A stretch of 62,522 bases of DNA, filler included, from Actinomycetota bacterium (GTDB taxonomy: Bacteria; Actinomycetota; Acidimicrobiia; IMCC26256; VFJJ01), in assembly GCA_009886115.1 (NCBI GenBank). It is 4 parts of 4 records of this genome, joined end to end, with 100 filler letters (N's around TTAATTAATTAA, not from the genome) between each part and the next. Parts side by side here need not be neighbours in the genome. Positions count along the whole stretch, not along the records: positions 50,943 to 62,522 come from VFJJ01000116.1; 3 more parts are not named here. One strand, given 5' to 3'. The position numbers and the translations under genes were made by a program. Numbering within the stretch: the stretch's first letter is position 1; each line of letters begins with the position of its first letter. Positions 58,183 through 62,522 of the stretch are shown piece after piece. The notes below the pieces were generated by a model. The model searched no databases and was not told where the DNA came from. It saw only the letters and a program-made list of their open reading frames with translations.

Positions 58183-60042
58183 GTGGACCGCAGGATTCGG
58201 AGGCTCGCACTGGGTGCGGGCACCGTCGCGGCTGTGTGGGCGCTGGGGATCATGGCCGAGCGCCTGATCTGGAGTGGCCAGGTGCTGCCCCGCGTCGAGG
58301 CGCCCGGCCATCAGGTGGCTCGGCGCGATATCGACGAGGTGCGCGCCGAGCTGGTGGCCGACGTGCTCCGCCGCGAGACCGAGCCCATCACGTTCAGCGC
58401 GGGCGACGTTCAGCTCGTGCTCGACCCTGCCGCTGTGTACCTCGACATCGATGAACCCGCTCTGGTCGAGGGCGTCACGCAGGCCGGTCGCAGCGGGAAC
58501 CCGCTGGCCCAGGCGTTCGGGTTCGTCGCCCGACGGTTCCGTCCCGACGTCATCGAGCCCACGGTCACGTTTGACGACGCTGCGCTCGGGACGGTCGTCG
58601 ACGGCTGGGTGATCCAGGTCGCCGGCGGATCGAGTGGTGGTGGCCTCCAGCTCCAAGGGACGATCGTCGTCGGCATCGACCCCCAGGTCGGCAATCGACT
58701 CGACGCGACCGCCGCGCTCGACGCTGCCGTCGTGGCGTTGCGCACAGGCGTCACGTCGAACCAACCGCTCCCCGTCGCCGAGGCCACTGCCGTGCAGGAC
58801 CCGGCCGCGATCGCAGCCGCCATCGAGCAGGCCCGGATGTTGCTCGACGGCCCGGTGACGATCCTGGCGCCCGGCGTGGTCTTGCCGCTCTTCCCCGAGG
58901 ACCTCGCCCAGACCTTGGTGGTGACGCCTCGCGGGACGGGGCTCGCGGTCGTGGTCGACCCGACGCGCCTGCAGACCGTCCTCGGCAACGACCTGAGCGC
59001 CCTCGAAGCCCTGCCCCGCAACGCCAGCATCGATCTCGGCTCCGGGCAGGCCGTGGTGCTCGCATCGCAACCCGGACGGCGCCTCGACGTGGTGGCGCTG
59101 GCCGCTGCGCTCAGCTCGGGCGCCACCGAGGTGACCGCCACGTTCACCGACATCCCTGCCGAAACCACCACCGACGAGCTCGCCGCCTTGGGCATCAAGG
59201 AGGAGATCTCCCGATTCACCACGATCCACCCGGCCGGCGAGCCCCGGGTCACGAACATCCACCGCATGTGCGACCTGGTGCAGGACACCGTCGTCATGTC
59301 GGGCGACACGTTCTCGTTGAACACCGTGGCCGGGCAGCGCACCGAGGCGAGGGGCTTCGTCGCCGCCCCCGCCATCGATGCCGGCGAGTTCGTCGAGGAG
59401 GTCGGCGGCGGCGTGAGCCAGTTCTCGACCACCCTGTTCAACGCCGTGCTCAAGGGCGGCTACGACCTGCGCGAGCACCAGCCGCACTCGTACTGGCTCT
59501 CGCGCTACCCCAAGGGTCTCGAGGCCACGCTGTCGTGGCCCCATCCCGACCTGGTGTGGGTCAACGACTTCGAGACCCCGGTGCTCGTGCACTGCGCCTA
59601 CGACGCCACCACGATCACCGTGGTGCTCTTCGGCGACAAGGAAGGCCGGCAGGTGCTCATCGAGGGGCCGGAGATCACCAACGAGGTTCCGGCCGTCGAT
59701 CGGATCACCGTCGACACGAGCTTCAGCGACAACCAGATCGAGATCGTCGAAGAGCGGTCGTACGACGCGTTCGATGCCCGGTGGGTCCGCACCGTGTCAC
59801 GCCCCGGACGGGAACCCCACGCCGAGGTCTTCGAGACGAGCTATCGGATGCTCGGCCGCAAGGTGATCGTCGGGGCGACGACCACGTCGACCACGGCCCC
59901 GGCGACGACCACGACCAGCGCTGTCACCACGACCGTGCCGGTCGCCACCACCACGTCGTCGGTCAGCACCACCACGACGGTCACGACCACCACGACGGCT
60001 CCGCCGCCATCGGAGACGACGACCACGACCGCTGCCGCCTGA
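58183..60042 (+). CDS. VanW family protein
   Basis: FSLNTVAGQRT, GGGVSQFSTTLFNA, HSYWLSRYP.G.EAT; Thr-rich tail. Confidence 0.9.
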   Translation: MDRRIRRLALGAGTVAAVWALGIMAERLIWSGQVLPRVEAPGHQVARRDIDEVRAELVADVLRRETEPITFSAGDVQLVLDPAAVYLDIDEPALVEGVTQAGRSGNPLAQAFGFVARRFRPDVIEPTVTFDDAALGTVVDGWVIQVAGGSSGGGLQLQGTIVVGIDPQVGNRLDATAALDAAVVALRTGVTSNQPLPVAEATAVQDPAAIAAAIEQARMLLDGPVTILAPGVVLPLFPEDLAQTLVVTPRGTGLAVVVDPTRLQTVLGNDLSALEALPRNASIDLGSGQAVVLASQPGRRLDVVALAAALSSGATEVTATFTDIPAETTTDELAALGIKEEISRFTTIHPAGEPRVTNIHRMCDLVQDTVVMSGDTFSLNTVAGQRTEARGFVAAPAIDAGEFVEEVGGGVSQFSTTLFNAVLKGGYDLREHQPHSYWLSRYPKGLEATLSWPHPDLVWVNDFETPVLVHCAYDATTITVVLFGDKEGRQVLIEGPEITNEVPAVDRITVDTSFSDNQIEIVEERSYDAFDARWVRTVSRPGREPHAEVFETSYRMLGRKVIVGATTTSTTAPATTTTSAVTTTVPVATTTSSVSTTTTVTTTTTAPPPSETTTTTAAA

Positions 60043-60112
60043 GGGCACGGTCGTGCATCGACGCTCAGGTCGGAGCTACGTGAGGAGCTTCGAACGAGAC
60101 TCGGTTGCCGCC

Positions 60113-60778
60113 GTGATCACACGCTCGAGCCCCGTGGCGTTGGCGCTGACGGTCACCGACGTGCTCAGTGTGGCCGTGTTGGCGTTCGTGGGTTATCGGC
60201 TGGTGAAGGCGGCTCGCATCACCATCGACCGCCGGCACCGGACCATTCGGCTCCTCCGTGGCTTGCGCGTTCGGCACTTCGCGCTGGCCGTGCCCGTCTG
60301 GCTCGGCGTGGTGACGGCCTACGTGGCGCTGGCCGAGGTGCCGGGTCTCGACGTCGGCTGGTGGTACGCGATCGGCGGTGACGGCAACCCGGCGTTGGGC
60401 TCGACCTCGGCCGGCGGCGGGGCGCTCGACTGGCTCCCGTTCGTGTTCATCCCGGTGCTGGCCGTCGCGCTCCCCGTGCTCGTCGAGAGCGAGGAGCGCA
60501 TGTTCCGCCTCGGCGCCGAGACGCGCTCGACCGCGGCCAACCTGCGCCGGGCGCTGTGGTTCGGCCTGGTGCATGCCGTGGTCGGCATCCCGATCGCCGC
60601 GGCGCTGGCCCTCACCGTCGGCGGCTGCTACCTGACCCAGCGCTATCTCGGCGCCTGGAGGGCCACGCGCTCGCGAGACGCCGCGCTCGCCGAGTCGACC
60701 CGGGCCCATCTGGCGTACAACCTCACGATCCTGGCCCTGGCCGTCCCCCTCCTCGTGTACCTGGCCCTGTGGGGCTGA
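60113..60778 (+). CDS. membrane protein, CPBP/Abi-like
   Basis: Multiple TM segments, EERMFR, FGLVH, HLAYN. Confidence 0.6.
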   Translation: MITRSSPVALALTVTDVLSVAVLAFVGYRLVKAARITIDRRHRTIRLLRGLRVRHFALAVPVWLGVVTAYVALAEVPGLDVGWWYAIGGDGNPALGSTSAGGGALDWLPFVFIPVLAVALPVLVESEERMFRLGAETRSTAANLRRALWFGLVHAVVGIPIAAALALTVGGCYLTQRYLGAWRATRSRDAALAESTRAHLAYNLTILALAVPLLVYLALWG

Positions 60779-60841
60779 GCTCGCTCCGGAGCGCCGAGTG
60801 GCTGTTCCAATCGGGGTTTGCTGAGACCCGAGCGACCCGAC

Positions 60842-61249
60842 TCACACGAAGTCGTACGCGATCTCGAGCGAGGCATAGGTGGCCGCGGCTCGTTGGTCTC
60901 GCGTGAGCAACGTGACGTCGGTTCCGACGACGGCCAGGGCGATCATGGCGTCGTAGACGGCTCCACCTGCGATCTGGTGGTGCGCCAACACGTTCGGGAG
61001 ATCGGCCAGCGTTTCGGGATCGACGGTCAATGGGGGGGCGAAGCCCGACGACAGCAGCCGGGCGGCGTCGTGTGGGTCGAGCCGGGCATCGCCAGGGAGG
61101 CGGGTCAGCACCGAGTACGTCTCGGCGAGAGAGTGGACGGTCATCGAGATCGTCGCGTCCCGCACCGCTTCGCGGGCGAGCGCGTGAGACGTGTGCCGTC
61201 GGAGCAGCAGCGGGATGGCGACGCTCGTGTCGAGTGCGACGTGCTTCAC
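60842..61249 (-). CDS. vapC: PIN domain toxin
   Basis: ALDTSV, AETYSVLTRLP, GGAVYDA, LLTRD.RA. Confidence 0.92.
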   Translation of the reverse strand: MKHVALDTSVAIPLLLRRHTSHALAREAVRDATISMTVHSLAETYSVLTRLPGDARLDPHDAARLLSSGFAPPLTVDPETLADLPNVLAHHQIAGGAVYDAMIALAVVGTDVTLLTRDQRAAATYASLEIAYDFV

Positions 61250-61482
61250 CGGCGGATCGACTCCAGCAGCCCGAAGACGACCTCGTCGGTCACGACCGTG
61301 TCGGAATCCGCGACCAGACGACCGTCTTCGTTCACGATCCGGGCCGTGCGTCCCACGGGGATCACCTGCAACCCAGCCCCGTACAGGCTCACGTCGACCT
61401 TCGTCCCGGTCGTCAGGCCGAGGGCGTCACGTAGGGCCTTGGGCACGACGATCCGACCGACGCCATCGATGCTCGCTTCCAT
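61246..61482 (-). CDS. vapB: AbrB/MazE-type antitoxin
   Basis: IDGVGRIVVPKALRDALGL; 4-bp overlap with vapC. Confidence 0.9.
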   Translation of the reverse strand: MEASIDGVGRIVVPKALRDALGLTTGTKVDVSLYGAGLQVIPVGRTARIVNEDGRLVADSDTVVTDEVVFGLLESIRR

Positions 61483-61507
61483 GGGAGAAGGCTACCATTG
61501 ATTTCCC
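61483..61507 (-). promoter_or_regulatory. putative leaderless promoter/operator of vapBC
   Basis: Minus strand gggaaa..TGG-TAGCCT-tctccc-ATG: extended -10 six nt from the ATG inside an imperfect IR. Confidence 0.55.
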
Positions 61508-61538
61508 TTCGACGGCGCCCGAAGGGGGATGACCGGCA

Positions 61539-62522
61539 TCACCGGAAGTCTCTCGACGGGGTGACCGGGATGGGAGTGGCAGTTCCGACCACTGCAGACA
61601 ACGGGCGGATGACGCCGGCCATGAGGTTGATCACCTGGCCCTGGCGCTCGACGACGCCCTTGATCACCAACAGGTTTCGGGTGCGGACGATGCGCTGGTA
61701 GCGCTTCCAGATCCCTTGGACGCAGATCACGTTCACCAGGCCGGTCTCGTCCTCGAGGTTGAGGAACGTGACCCCTCCCGCGGTCTCGGGGCGCTGGCGG
61801 TGGGTGACGACCCCGGCGACCTCCACCAGGCGCCCGTGCGGGATGCCCCGGAGCACCTCGGCCGTCACCACCCCCAACTCGTCGAGGCGGTCACGCACCA
61901 GCTCGGTGGGATGGCGCCCGGGCGACAGGCCCAGGGACCACAGGTCGGCGGCCAGCTCCTCGGCCTCGCTCATGCCCGGCAGGCACGGAGCCTCCAGGCC
62001 CTGCACGAGACCGGGCAGCCGATCGGGACGGGCGTCGCGCAAGGCGCCCGCCGCCCACAGGGCTTCGCGGCGTCCGATCCCGAAGCACTCGCGGAACGCC
62101 CCGGCGGTGGCCAACGCCTCCAACACCGGCGTGGGGGCGCCCGTCCGTCGGGTGAAGTCCTCCATGTCGACGAACGGCGCCCGCTCGCGTTCGGTCTCGA
62201 TGCGCTCCAGCAACGTGTCGCCCAGGTTGCGGACGTAGCGCAACCCCAGGCGTACAGCCAGCGGTGACGGATCGGCGTGCCATCCCCGCCGGCCCGAGCC
62301 GCCCCGGGGCTGGCCGAGCAGGCCGCCCGGATCGTCGACGCGGCGGGGCTCCAGGGTGCAGTCGCGCCGCGACGCGTTGACATCGGGGCCCCGGGTGAGC
62401 ACGCCGTGGCGACGGGCGTCTCGCACCAGGGTGTGCGGCGAGTAGAAGCCCATCGGCTGGGCGTTGAGCAGCCCAGCGAGAAACTCGGCCGGGTAGTGCA
62501 GCTTCAACCAGGCCGACTCGTA
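61539..62522 (-). CDS. dnaE2: error-prone DNA polymerase DnaE2, C-terminal part
   Basis: LLNAQPMGFYSP, VTHRQRPETAGGVTFLNLEDETG, terminal SRDFR motif. Confidence 0.95.
   Translation of the reverse strand, partial: YESAWLKLHYPAEFLAGLLNAQPMGFYSPHTLVRDARRHGVLTRGPDVNASRRDCTLEPRRVDDPGGLLGQPRGGSGRRGWHADPSPLAVRLGLRYVRNLGDTLLERIETERERAPFVDMEDFTRRTGAPTPVLEALATAGAFRECFGIGRREALWAAGALRDARPDRLPGLVQGLEAPCLPGMSEAEELAADLWSLGLSPGRHPTELVRDRLDELGVVTAEVLRGIPHGRLVEVAGVVTHRQRPETAGGVTFLNLEDETGLVNVICVQGIWKRYQRIVRTRNLLVIKGVVERQGQVINLMAGVIRPLSAVVGTATPIPVTPSRDFR

Noticed and set aside
60842..61482. vapBC beside dnaE2 as a special system
   Set aside because: Ordinary type II toxin-antitoxin pair with its own promoter; no evidence of a functional link

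Overview
High-GC actinobacterial DNA, probably an Acidimicrobiia-type draft genome or MAG (inferred from mca, dnaE2, Ku/LigD, DUF3048 and many acyl-CoA/amidohydrolase paralogues). It is four contigs joined by artificial N/TTAATTAATTAA linkers (15705-15804, 37697-37796, 50843-50942), so adjacency across those points means nothing. Most of the window is lipid/aromatic CoA metabolism and housekeeping. The standout is a chemosensory module at about 42.2-50.8 kb: cheW, then a soluble chemoreceptor (HbN-like 2/2 truncated globin + Aer2-like heme PAS + GAF + MCP signalling domain), then cheA with two CheW domains, a stand-alone divergent hemA and a PilZ protein, plus a divergent GNAT. Three of these genes carry a shared sigma28/FliA-type promoter motif, and no cheY, cheB or cheR is present. 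It looks like a two-heme gas-sensing module that carries its own heme-precursor enzyme. Other points: an NHEJ cluster (split LigD, Ku, HhH-PHP), a tRNA-Glu(CTC) 3'-half att site with arm-like repeats, an IS21-like end, an in-frame TAG in a CoA-transferase, two dispersed palindromic repeat families and several gene remnants. All family calls come from motif recognition by eye; no searches were run.
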